In this document: piece after piece, positions 21,341 to 32,116 of the stretch | Position numbering within the stretch: position 1 is the stretch's first letter | Layout of the letters: each line of letters begins with the position of its first letter | Assembly (NCBI RefSeq): GCF_001194135.2 | Contig: NC_068991.1 | Coordinates: forward strand, 52,128,575 to 52,165,204 | Direction of reading: 5' to 3' | Length of the DNA stretch: 36,630 bases | From: Octopus bimaculoides | Taxonomy: Eukaryota | Translations under genes and position numbers: made by a program | The notes under the pieces: model-generated | Databases searched by the model: none | What the model was told of the DNA's origin: nothing | Seen by the model: only the letters and a program-made list of their open reading frames with translations

Positions 21341-21530
21341 TTTGACACAAGGCCAGTAATTTCGGGGAAAGGGTAAGTCAATTACATCGATGGATACTTA
21401 TTTTATCGACCCCGAGAGGATGAAAGGCAAAGTGGACCTCGACGGAATTTGAACTCAGAGGTAGAAACGGACGAAATGCCGCTAAGCATTTCACCCGGCG
21501 TGCTAACGATTATGGCAGCTCGCCACCTTA
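21341..21530 (-). mobile_element. SINE family B
   Basis: 'ttattttatcgaccccgagaggatgaaaggcaaagtggacctcgacggaatttgaactcag...cagctcgccacctta'. Confidence 0.9.
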
Positions 21531-21784
21531 CGTATATATATAGAATATGAGGAGTTTAGTTCACTGTTGATTTAAACGAATAGTTACGCTGTGTAAGTGT
21601 TATAACTGGTCATCCGTCAGGTTCCAAGTTCACAGCTGACGAATTTGAAGTAACTGATTAATCAATTAGTCAAATAATAAATTATTGGATATCTTACATA
21701 AACATTTGATTTGTATAGATCTGTACTCTTTTTTTAACTATATATATATATTATATATATATATCGTTCAAAAGTAGAAATCGA

Positions 21785-21890
21785 AAGACAAAGACAGGTG
21801 GGTGAACAACAAGGAGATGTATTAGTTTGACGTTCGAGAAGGATGGAAAAGCCTTTGACACTTTGAGCCGACGCTTTTCGACAGAAAGGG
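21785..21890 (-). mobile_element. Penelope-like terminal repeat, copy 3 (decayed)
   Basis: 'aagacaggtgggtgaacaac...gtattagtttgacgttcgagaag...tttgagccgacgcttttcgacagaaaggg' is homologous to the copies at 2858 and 3376. Confidence 0.6.
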
Positions 21891-22290
21891 AGAGACATGA
21901 GGGATAAAATTGGGGGGGGGGCGAGAGAGAGAAACGGATAGAGGAAAAAATGTTTCGGGATTGGAAATCATATACCTACGCGCGCGCGCGCACACACACA
22001 CACATATATATATATATACACATATTTATGCGCCTATATATATCGTCCTATATTTTCCTTTATGGTATCACATTGCGCCTAGTTGTTTATATTGATTTTA
22101 TTTATTTATGCATGTTGTTGTTGCGTCAGAAGCTGTTACTTTGCCTTTCAAATAAACTTCAGGCTTACGTTCGGTTAAACCCTTCAAGTCGGTGCTTCAA
22201 CAGGGGATACAACCCTAACAACTGAAACTAGTAATAGAATGCCCGCGTGTAGAATATTCAACACATATGATACCAATATATATTGTCTTA

Positions 22291-22714
22291 CTACTCTAGG
22301 CACACGGCCCGAAATTTTGAGGAGGGCCAGTCGATTAGATCAACCCCCAGTACGCAACTTGCACTTAATTTATCGACTCCGAAAGGATGAAAGGCTAAGT
22401 CGACCTTGGCGGAATTTGAACTCAGAACCTAAAGACAGACGAAATACTGCTAAGCATTTCGCCCGGCGTGCTAACGTTTCTTATTTCTTTATTACGCACA
22501 ATGGGCCAAACATAGAGGGGACAAACAAGGACAGACAAAGGGATTAAGTCGATTACATCGACCCTAGTGCGTAACTGGTATTTAATTTATCGACCCCGAA
22601 AGGATGAAAGGCAAAATCGACCTCGGCAGAATTTGAACTCAGATCGTAACGGCAGACGAAATACCGCTAAGCATTTCGCCCGGCGTGCTAACGTTTCTGC
22701 CATCTCGCCGCCTT
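22291..22714 (-). mobile_element. Dimeric family B SINE, copy 1
   Basis: Two tandem monomers joined at ctaacgtttct|tatttcttta (22481/22482). Confidence 0.88.
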
Positions 22715-23066
22715 AAAATGTATTATATATTATATGATACATTTAGAAAATGACAATGTATCAGACCTCAACTCGAATAGTCGAAAGACCTTCCATCATC
22801 ACCGGAGGAACTTTCTGTTGACATAGTCCACCTTGCCTTATTCAGGTGTGATGGGCAGACAGAATTAACCAGTAAGACTAACAAAGCAGTTAGTCCATAA
22901 GCTCACCAGTCTTAAATCATATTGTTGCTGCAGTCTATAGACCCAACAAGTTATAGGCCTACTTGTTATTACAATAAATTTTTTAATTACGTTTGTTTCA
23001 GCACATGGAATATATCTTCCATTAATATAAATGAATTCATGATATTATATTATAATCATAATTAAT

Positions 23067-23280
23067 CTGGCAGAATCGTTAGCATGCCGGGCGAAATGCT
23101 TAGCGGTATTTCGTCCGTCTTTACCTTTTGAGTTCAAATTCCGCCGAGGTCGACATTGGTTTTCATCCTTTCGGGCTCAATAAATTAAGCACCAGTTGAA
23201 CAGTGAGGTCGATGTAATCGACTCATCTCCTGCCCCACAAATTTCAGGGCTTGTACCTTTAGTAGAAAGGGTTATTATTA
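23067..23280 (+). mobile_element. SINE family B
   Basis: ctggcagaatcgttagc head, B-box gagttcaaattcc, central domain and tail. Confidence 0.9.
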
Positions 23281-23683
23281 TTTCTTTTTATCACAGTTTT
23301 TGATGGAACCTCTGGAGTCTTGCATGCCTAGCGGCTCGCCACCTGCAGCCTACGGTACCATGCTCTCCGTTCGTTTCAGCTATCTAATACTTTCCTGATT
23401 ATTTTGACCATTCCAAAGAGGTAGACCTTTTATAACAGTTCTAGTGGACATTCTATCCTAGTTTTCTTTATATTCTTCTTGGTGCCTTCTGATGCTGTCT
23501 CCAAAGAACCAACAATAATTGGCACTATCTTCACCTTCTTCATTTTCCATAGCCGGGCTATTTCGTACTTAAGAGAGTTGTATTTATCTATTTTTTCGCA
23601 TTCCTTCTTGACTATTCGTAGGTCAAAGGAGAAAGGAACATCAACTACATAGCACATGTGGCACATCTTCTCCACCACATCGT
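23275..23683 (-). mobile_element. 3' fragment of an R4/Dong-type RLE LINE (third copy)
   Basis: The ORF at 23430-23714 gives VVDVPFSFDLRIVKKECEKIDKYNSLKYEIARLWKMKKVKIVPIIVGSLE... After a stop it continues KVYLFGMVKIIRKVLDS. This is the EK..KY..L..EI.RLW..VPIIVG RLE motif. Confidence 0.85.
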
Positions 23684-23900
23684 TAAGGCGATGAGCTGGC
23701 AGAATCATTAGCATGCCGGGCGAAATGCTTAACGGTATTTCGTCAGTCTTTACGTCCTGAGTTCAAATTCCGCCAAGGTCGACTTTGATTTGCATCCTTT
23801 CGGGGTCGATAAGTTAAGTACCAGTTGCGTGCTGGGGTCGATGTAATCGACTTAACTCCTTCTCCCAAATCTGAGGCTTTGTGCTTCTAGTAGAAAGGAT
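23684..23900 (+). mobile_element. SINE family B, full length
   Basis: taaggcgatgagctggcagaatc head, B-box and central domain 'ggtcgactttgatttgcatcctttcggggtcgataagttaagtaccag'. Confidence 0.92.
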
Positions 23901-23926
23901 TATTGTTATTATCATCATCATCATCA

Positions 23927-23972
<46 letters not shown>

Positions 23973-24262
23973 TTTCATTATAATCTTCTTTCAATTCTGT
24001 TTCCATTTCTTTCTGAGTGTCTTCCTGACACCTAGGGCAGAGAAACGCACTGTATACATTGGTAGGCCATTAAAATAAACACACAAGATTGTTTATTTAC
24101 AGTCATGAGATAGAGAAAAAAAAAGGTAGAAAGTCAGAGATAAAAATAAAAAACAAAAAGTAAACAGAGAGAATAAAGGGGGAAAAGGAAAGAAAATTCA
24201 CAGTGACAATGCTCTTCTCAGCACGTGCGACGTACCAGTTGACACAATCTCTTGCACTTCCT
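23901..24262 (-). mobile_element. 3' end of an R4/Dong-type LINE (same subfamily as 6480-6945) with (AAT)n tail
   Basis: Minus-strand translation QEVQEIVSTGTSHVLRRALSL*. The 3' UTR aligns with 6690-6905. The (ATT/ATC)n tail spans 23901-23971. Confidence 0.85.
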
Positions 24263-24281
24263 GCGTGGATGGTAAACCAGG

Positions 24282-24972
24282 CAGTGGTGGCTCGTATATA
24301 GGCACTGCGGAACTGCAGCACGCCTTATTTCCACTCGATATTATCGATAACATTCAATATAACGAGTCCTTTTTTCTTTAATTCTTTCTTAATACTTGTA
24401 CATTACATAATCCTTAAGCTTTATGTCAGTAGCCATCCCCTAGTTTATGAAAAAAATACAAAAATTCTTGTATAGAACTGTGCACTTCACAGTTCCAGTG
24501 TCGCGGTATTTGGTTGTTGTGTGCATGCTCACACGTCCGAGATAGGAAGTTTCACGCTAGAGAGATACAGCACTATCATTCACGCAGTGCCGGTGAAAGG
24601 TGGTGTTTCTTTTTAATTCCGTGTATGTTGTGCTTAAAAACGTGTTTATATTCTTGAATGGGATAAAGTGTAGAATTAGATTATTATCCTGCTTCCAGCT
24701 TCAGTGTTGCTACCAGAATTTGAAAAATAGGGCAGATTTCCCCACTTTATTTTGTCATTTAGGGGGAATTTTTGAAAAAACAAGGGGGAATTCGCGGCGA
24801 TGTTCAGTTATCAAATTAAACACACTACCCAGCAGTGGCTAAAACGCGAGCCGATCAAGTTTATGTATAAATATTCTTTTTATATGTTTGTTTCCTTTTA
24901 CACAATATTAAACCAACGGCTAAAAGTTTTCTGAAGCAGCACCCCATTAATTTTATCTACGAGCCGCCAGTG
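24282..24972. mobile_element. Non-autonomous hAT-type DNA transposon, 691 bp
   Basis: TIRs CAGTGGTGGCTCGTA / TACGAGCCGCCAGTG (13/15 complementary). 8-bp duplication aaaccagg (24274-24281) / aagccagg (24973-24980). Confidence 0.8.
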
Positions 24973-24999
24973 AAGCCAGGGATTATTCTTAAATAATAC

Positions 25000-25144
25000 A
25001 CAACTGGTACTTAATTTATCGAGCTCGAAATGATGAAATCCAAAGTCGACCTCGGCGGAATTTTGAACTCAGAAAGTAAAGACAGACGAAATACCGCTAA
25101 GTATTTCGCCCAGCATGCTAATGCATCTGTCAGCTCGCCGCCTT
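25000..25144 (-). mobile_element. SINE family B monomer
   Basis: 'caactggtacttaatttatcgagctcgaaatgatgaaatccaaagtcgacctcggcggaattttgaactc...cagctcgccgcctta'. Confidence 0.88.
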
Positions 25145-25166
25145 AAAAATAAACAGTTATTCTTTT

Positions 25167-25517
25167 CTACTCTAGGTGCAAGGCCGGAAATTTGGTGGGG
25201 AGGAGGCCAGTCGATTAGATCGACCCCAGTACGCAACTGGTACTTAATTTATTGACTCTGAAAGGATGAAAGGCAAAGCCGACCTCGGCGGAATTTGAAC
25301 ACAGAACGTAAAGGCAGACGAAATACTGCTAAGCATTTCGCCCGACTAACGTTTCTTATTTCTTTACTGCCCACAAGGAGCTAAACATAGAGGGGACATA
25401 CAAACGGATTAAGTCGATTACATCGCTCCCGGGTGAGATACAAAGTCGACTTCGGCGGAATTTGAACTCAGAAGCATTTCGCTCGGCGTGCTGACGTTTC
25501 TGCAAGCTGGCCGCCTT
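25167..25517 (-). mobile_element. Dimeric family B SINE, copy 2 (internally deleted)
   Basis: Same junction ctaacgtttct|tatttcttta (~25356) and the same linker 'aaacatagagggga' as 22291-22714. Confidence 0.85.
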
Positions 25518-25874
25518 TCGTGTATCTCGATATTAAAGATAGTGTTGGTGTTCCATTGCCGTAGACGCGTGTAACGATCTAAACGCGGTAGTGAACAGAG
25601 GATGACTCTTTGCAATAAGTCGAAGTTCTGACTTGTGCTGAGATAAAAATAAAAAAATTGAGCATAATATATGCAGAGCATATCAAATTTCATAAAAGAT
25701 GAAGCCGTAATATTGGTGACGAAAAGTTAAAGAAATAGGAAAAGAAAAAAACAACAGATGATTAGAAATAACAAACATTCCTGATTTTAAATAAAAACAT
25801 CCTTCTTGTGTATGCCTTTATGTACGCACGTAAGTATACATACACAAACACACACATACGTATATATGTGTGAG

Positions 25875-25924
<50 letters not shown>

Positions 25925-25995
25925 TATGCATATATAAATCCCCAAAATGGAACAAGAACGTAACAGATGACGATAAAACATCCGGACATATATAT

Positions 25996-26981
25996 NNNNN
26001 NNNNNNNNNNNNNNNNNNNNNNNNNNNNNNNNNNNNNNNNNNNNNNNNNNNNNNNNNNNNNNNNNNNNNNNNNNNNNNNNNNNNNNNNNNNNNNNNNNNN
26101 NNNNNNNNNNNNNNNNNNNNNNNNNNNNNNNNNNNNNNNNNNNNNNNNNNNNNNNNNNNNNNNNNNNNNNNNNNNNNNNNNNNNNNNNNNNNNNNNNNNN
26201 NNNNNNNNNNNNNNNNNNNNNNNNNNNNNNNNNNNNNNNNNNNNNNNNNNNNNNNNNNNNNNNNNNNNNNNNNNNNNNNNNNNNNNNNNNNNNNNNNNNN
26301 NNNNNNNNNNNNNNNNNNNNNNNNNNNNNNNNNNNNNNNNNNNNNNNNNNNNNNNNNNNNNNNNNNNNNNNNNNNNNNNNNNNNNNNNNNNNNNNNNNNN
26401 NNNNNNNNNNNNNNNNNNNNNNNNNNNNNNNNNNNNNNNNNNNNNNNNNNNNNNNNNNNNNNNNNNNNNNNNNNNNNNNNNNNNNNNNNNNNNNNNNNNN
26501 NNNNNNNNNNNNNNNNNNNNNNNNNNNNNNNNNNNNNNNNNNNNNNNNNNNNNNNNNNNNNNNNNNNNNNNNNNNNNNNNNNNNNNNNNNNNNNNNNNNN
26601 NNNNNNNNNNNNNNNNNNNNNNNNNNNNNNNNNNNNNNNNNNNNNNNNNNNNNNNNNNNNNNNNNNNNNNNNNNNNNNNNNNNNNNNNNNNNNNNNNNNN
26701 NNNNNNNNNNNNNNNNNNNNNNNNNNNNNNNNNNNNNNNNNNNNNNNNNNNNNNNNNNNNNNNNNNNNNNNNNNNNNNNNNNNNNNNNNNNNNNNNNNNN
26801 NNNNNNNNNNNNNNNNNNNNNNNNNNNNNNNNNNNNNNNNNNNNNNNNNNNNNNNNNNNNNNNNNNNNNNNNNNNNNNNNNNNNNNNNNNNNNNNNNNNN
26901 NNNNNNNNNNNNNNNNNNNNNNNNNNNNNNNNNNNNNNNNNNNNNNNNNNNNNNNNNNNNNNNNNNNNNNNNNNNNNNNNN
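25996..26981. other. Assembly gap (986 N) flanked by (AT)n
   Basis: N run. Confidence 0.99.
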
Positions 26982-27379
26982 TATATATATATATATATAT
27001 ATATGGAAAAAAAGTCATGGTAGAAAATGCTTATAACAATGATAATAATAATAATTGCAGAAAACACCACTGCTTCAACTCCAGATGGCGCTCGAAAAAT
27101 AAGGGGTGTTGCCTCAGTTTACTGGTAGTGAACAGCTGACACCGTAGTACATCTGCAGCGTTAGAAGCTGTACAAAGACAGTAAAATAATAATACGGATA
27201 GCTGTCGTATCAACGTATTTAGATATAGAAAATAACATTGAAAGTAATGTGTCCGAAAATACTTGCTAACCAAATTCGTTTAAAACTGACTTCTCTATTG
27301 ATATCTGCCTGGATGTTTTAATCCTTTTTTTTTTTTTTTTTTTTCTTGAGATCGGTATCTTAAATAACGATCTTATCCT

Positions 27380-27426
<47 letters not shown>

Positions 27427-27982
27427 TGAATCGGCTTTGACTCTTCTGAAATCAGTAACCCTTTATTAAATATGGTTTTCATCATGTAGAGTGTCCAAAA
27501 ACCATGCCGCTCACATTCCATGCCTGTAGATTTTTGGGATTTAGTCACCGGCAACACGAACCTGCGATACGTCGTACTGGGCTGCATCTTACCAGTAGCA
27601 CTCTCAAGTCATTTCACATTATATACTTTCAATAAATCAAGAACTTTGTCACATGGTGTTGAATGTAGCGTTATTCGTCTTTATTCTTGTACAATGCTAT
27701 TGGCTACTCTGAAATGTTTTTCTTAACCTCTTTTCGTTTATATGATATAATATAATATAATATAATATTGGTTTCAGAGTTTGGCACAAGGCCAGCAATT
27801 TCGTGAGAGAGAGGGAGTCAATAATGTCACGTAATCTACCAGACTGTCGGATGTCGTTATATATCGCTAGTTACAATGCGTTTTGCACCGTTCTAGCTTT
27901 CGAATGATACTACCTCGTTGGATAGGAGAGCAAGCCAACACTCCCCCCCCCCACTACGATGGAAAACCTACTCTATAGCAGG

Positions 27983-28112
27983 GTTACCAATTTACAGCTG
28001 AGCCGACTGGAGCAACGTGAAACGAAGTGGTTTGCTGAAGAACAGAACGCGCCTCCCGATCTGGGAATCGAAACCACGATCTTGCGAGCAACACCCTAAC
28101 CACAAGGTTACG
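27983..28112 (-). mobile_element. SINE family C-type 5' fragment (tRNA head plus CORE-like domain)
   Basis: 'cagctgagccgactggagcaacgtgaaacgaagtggtttgctgaagaacagaac...gggaatcgaaaccacgatc...ccctaacca' aligns with 29185-29310. Confidence 0.7.
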
Positions 28113-28151
28113 CTCTTTCACAAGTCGACAATATAATATATAGTAACATAC

Positions 28152-28535
28152 TGTGTTGGCACTCCGTCGCTTACGACGTCGAGGGTTCCAGTTGATCCGA
28201 TCAACGGAACAGCCTGCTTGTGAAATTAACGTGCAAGTGGCTGAGAACTCCACAGACACGTGTACCCTTAACGTAGTTCTTGGGGAGATTCAGCGTGACA
28301 CAGAGTGTGACAAGGCTGGCTCTTTGAATTACAGGAACAACAGAAACAGGAAGTAAGAGTGAGAGAAAATTGTGGTGGAAGAGTACAGCAGGGTTCGCCA
28401 CCATCCCCTGCCGGAACCTCGTGGTGCTTTAGGTGTTTGCGCTCAATAAACATTCACAACGCCCGGTCTGGGAATCGAAACCGCGATCCTATGACCGCGA
28501 GTCCGCTGCCCTAACCACTGGGCCATTGCGCCTCC
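28152..28535 (-). mobile_element. tRNA-derived SINE, family C variant 1
   Basis: Minus-strand head ggaggcgcaaTGGCCCAGTGGttaggg...GGTTTCGATTCCC. The ~180-bp 3' domain is shared with 28983-29310. Confidence 0.88.
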
Positions 28536-28556
28536 ATTTAATAACATAATATAATA

Positions 28557-28942
28557 TCTATTATGATAAACGTGAAATTCTGTCTGTCCGTTCGAAACCC
28601 CTGTATTTCAATCTACATTTGACTACATAGACATATACATTTTTGGAATTGGGATGATCCAGGGATTGGAAATCTTTCATTTGATTCTTGAACATCCAGC
28701 ATTGGGATCAAATCTGGATGAGGATTTGTTATATGCTAACAGTTGAAAATTCAAATTTTAAAAGAACTCCAAAAATTTATGAACTTACAAGTTTTTCGTT
28801 TAAGCTGAATTTAAAAGAATACCATATTGGTAAGGTTCCAATAAATGCTTTATTATTATTATTCTCCTTAGATTTGGGATGCAGACCCAATTAACCCTCC
28901 GCAGGAGCTAGCTGAAAAGTCTGCACGGAGCAAGTAATCTAA
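28557..28942 (+). mobile_element. Possible non-autonomous Helitron-like element
   Basis: a|TC start (tctattatgataaacgtgaaattctgtctgtc), subterminal imperfect hairpin ctccgcag...ctgcacggag, and a CTAA|t end, i.e. an A/T insertion site with no TSD. Confidence 0.45.
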
Positions 28943-28982
28943 TATAACAAGATATTATATTATGGTATACTCGTATTATACC

Positions 28983-29310
28983 TGTTGTTGTTGGCACTCC
29001 GTCGCTTACGACGACGAGGGTTCCAGTTGATCCGATCAACAGAACAGCCTACTCGTGAAATTAACGTGCAAGTGGCTGAGCACTCCACAGACACGTGTAC
29101 CTTTAACGTAGTTCTCGGGGATATTCAGCATGACACAGAGTGTGACAAGGCTGGCCCTTTGAAATACAGGTACTACTTATTTTTGCCAGCTGATTGAACT
29201 GGAGCAACGTGAAATAAAGTGTCTTGCTCAAGGACACAACGCGTCGCCAGGAATTGAACTCACAACCTTACGATCATGAGCCGAATGCCCTAACCACTAA
29301 GCCACGCGCC
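28983..29310 (-). mobile_element. tRNA-derived SINE, family C variant 2 (CORE-like), with 29-bp TSD
   Basis: Minus-strand head ggcgcgTGGCTTAGTGGttaggg...GAGTTCAATTCC, CORE-like 'gtgtccttgagcaagacac', and a (caa)n tail. Flanking direct repeats lie at 28955-28983 and 29316-29344. Confidence 0.9.
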
Positions 29311-29394
29311 TTCACTTATATTATGGTATACTCATATTATACCTACATAATTACAAGCATAACTTCCATCTGGGTATAACTGAAACAAAAACCA

Positions 29395-29545
29395 GGTGTA
29401 GCCGTGTGATTATGAAGCTAATCTGGCAACTGCTTCGTTTCGTGTTCGAACCACTACGGTGCATTTTTTCTATCGTAGGTTCGGGGTCTTAAAAGTCTCG
29501 TGTGTGAAATTTGATTGGCGGAAACTATGCGGTTACCCATCGGTG
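29395..29545 (+). mobile_element. Highly decayed SINE family A head
   Basis: 'ggtgtagccgtgtgattatgaagc...gtgttcgaacc...aaagtctcgtgtgtgaaatttgattggcggaaactatg'. Confidence 0.45.
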
Positions 29546-29865
29546 GGACCATTCTATTTTTAGGAGGTAAATATGTGTCACACTGCTTAATAACGTCACA
29601 AGGTACCTGGTTACCTGAAGCAAAAACTATTCAATGACAATCATTCTTGTTTGGTCTCCATTTTAAAAATAACGTCGTCCTTGACATGATCCATTCTGGG
29701 AGGCCCTGCAACAGTGTTTTACTTCGAGGGGGCAACCCTCCTCTTCTGACTAAACCTAAAGACTCCGAATTTTCGCTTTTGCTCTCTGATTTTCTCCATC
29801 CCTTTCGAGATTAATCTTGAGAAAGTCAGCACAACACACATACACATACAGACACGCACACACAA

Positions 29866-29909
<44 letters not shown>

Positions 29910-30002
29910 ACACACACGTACGAGCGCGTGTACACACACAGATGTATATATGTATGCATGTGCACACGCATATACACACGGACACATAAAGACATTTGTG
30001 TA

Positions 30003-30210
30003 CGAGGGTGTGCTGAAAAGTTCCTGGCTTGAAGGGTATCACAAAAGGCCTAGTTTGGAAGCACAACCTATCGAGCTCTTTTACGGGGCTTAGAAAAGTG
30101 TAGGACAAGTGTGTGAACCTGAGAGAGGAATATGTTGAATGAAATGATCATTAACAGACACTCTTGTATTTTCTTTTACCCAAAGCAAAGAACTTTTCAG
30201 CAGTCCATCG
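30003..30210 (+). mobile_element. Non-autonomous mariner-family MITE, copy 2
   Basis: TA|CGAGGGtgtgctgaaaagttcctggctt ... aaagcaaagaacttttcagcagtccatCG|TA. The internal KCVNLREEYVE* resembles a mariner transposase C-terminus. Confidence 0.88.
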
Positions 30211-30307
30211 TATGTATATGTATGTATGCAAGTATATATAAATATATATATACATATAGAATATGTATGTGTATATATATATATATATATGTATGTATGC
30301 ATAAATG

Positions 30308-30369
<62 letters not shown>

Positions 30370-30468
30370 TGTATGTTTATGTCTACATATATATATAAGT
30401 ATGTGGTCGTATATGAATATATGTAAACATAGCTACATATTTGAATTTAGTTTTGTATATTAAATATT

Positions 30469-30504
<36 letters not shown>

Positions 30505-31049
30505 TATATATACACACACATACATATATACATATATATATATATTTATATATGTATATACTATATTTAGGTCTGTATAATATGTATATATTTAGATGTG
30601 TGTATATTATGTATATTTAGATGTGTATATTTATTTATCAAGAGGTAGGCTCATATATTTACAGATTAATTCCTTATCTTTAAAACGCATACATCGAGTA
30701 ATGAAAACAACCTTGAGTGTACTTTCAATGCATGTGGGTGTATACGTGTATGTATATTAATATATATATATATACATATGTTTATATGTATGTGTGTAAG
30801 TATGTATGTAGGTAGGTAGGTATGCATGTATGTATACATGTATGTATGTATGCATGTATGTATATATGCATGCCTGTATGTATGTACGTACGTATGTGGA
30901 TATGTATATGTGAGTGTATACCTGTGGGTGAGTGAGTGCGTTAGACAGACATGCAAACGTATATATGTATATATGTCTATGTGTGTGTCTGTAAATAAGT
31001 GTATATATTTTTATGTGCATTTGTGTGTGTGTATGTGTTTGTGTGTGTG

Positions 31050-31081
<32 letters not shown>

Positions 31082-31390
31082 GTATTTAGGGTTAAGAATT
31101 CATTTATATTTGTATCGACATTTTTGTTACAACGTATGAGATTGAATGTGCGTGTGTATGTGTATGTGTGAGTGTATGTGTGTGGGCGTGTGCGTGCACG
31201 CACGCACGTGGATGTGTGTGTGTGACTGTGTGCTTGTGATTGTGCGTGTGAATTCATTAATTTTTGTTGTTGTTATTTTCGTTTGCCTTATATATACAAC
31301 ACAGTTGCTTTTGCCTCACGTTTGCATATGGAGAGAGGTGTAAGTGTTTACATGAATATGTGTGCGTATGCGTGTATCTATGATTGTGTG
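30211..31390. repeat. Large compound microsatellite / low-complexity tract: (AGAT)n, (AT)n, (GTAT)n, (GT)n
   Basis: Direct reading. Confidence 0.85.
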
Positions 31391-31545
31391 TGAAACAGGA
31401 GAAAGAGTGCTCAATACCAAAGCAAAGCGTAGTCATTGAAGGCATTCAGTGTGAGATCTATGACGACATGCGCACATTATTCGCGTTTGCGCAGGGGCGT
31501 GTGCTTTTTCTGAGTGTGTGTGACTGAGGGGTGGGGTTGGAGATG

Positions 31546-31642
31546 TCTTCTACTGTAGCTTTGGGCCGACTAAAGCCTTGTGAGAGGATTTGGTAGACGA
31601 AAACTGAAACAAGCTCGTTGTGTATGTGCGTATGTGTGTGTG

Positions 31643-31675
<33 letters not shown>

Positions 31676-31880
31676 TTGTATCTCTGTTTGTCCCCTACCA
31701 CCACTTGGTGGTCAATGTTGGCTTGATTACGTCCACTTAACTTAACGATTCGGCCAAAGAGATCGATAGAATAAGTACCAGGCTTCAGAAAAAATAAGTC
31801 TTGGGATCGATTCATTTGACTAAAAGTTCTTCATGCCTCAGCATGGCCGCAGTCATGATTAAAACAAGTAAAAGACAAAA
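31546..31880 (+). mobile_element. SINE family A lacking its head
   Basis: 'gtcttctactgtagctttgggccgactaaagccttgtgagaggatttggtagacgaaaactgaaac...gatagaataagtaccaggc'. Confidence 0.88.
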
Positions 31881-31896
31881 AATGCATACATATATA

Positions 31897-32068
31897 GGTG
31901 CAGGCGTAGCTTTGTGGTAAGAAACTTGCTTTCAAACCACAAAGTTCTGGGTTCAATCCCAATGCGTGGAACTTTGTTTGGGCAAGTGTCTTCTACTATG
32001 AGCTCTGGCCGATCAAAGCCTTTGAGTGGATTTGGCAGACGGAAACTGGAAGAAGCCCGCCGTATATA

Positions 32069-32116
<48 letters not shown>
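31897..32116 (+). mobile_element. SINE family A 5' half, running into the gap at its internal (GT)n
   Basis: Head ggtgcaggcgtagctttgtggtaagaaac and B-box gggttcaatccc. Confidence 0.9.

Noticed and set aside
22770-22960. Exon-like stretches on both strands (SKDLPSSPEELSVDIVH... on plus; LQQQYDLRL on minus)
   Set aside because: The two candidates are mutually inconsistent, the acceptors are weak, and no homology is recognised.
28465-28535. tRNA-like sequences (also at 29250-29310 and the family A and B heads)
   Set aside because: A and B boxes are present but there is no complete cloverleaf or acceptor stem, and they continue directly into SINE bodies. They are SINE heads, not tRNA genes.
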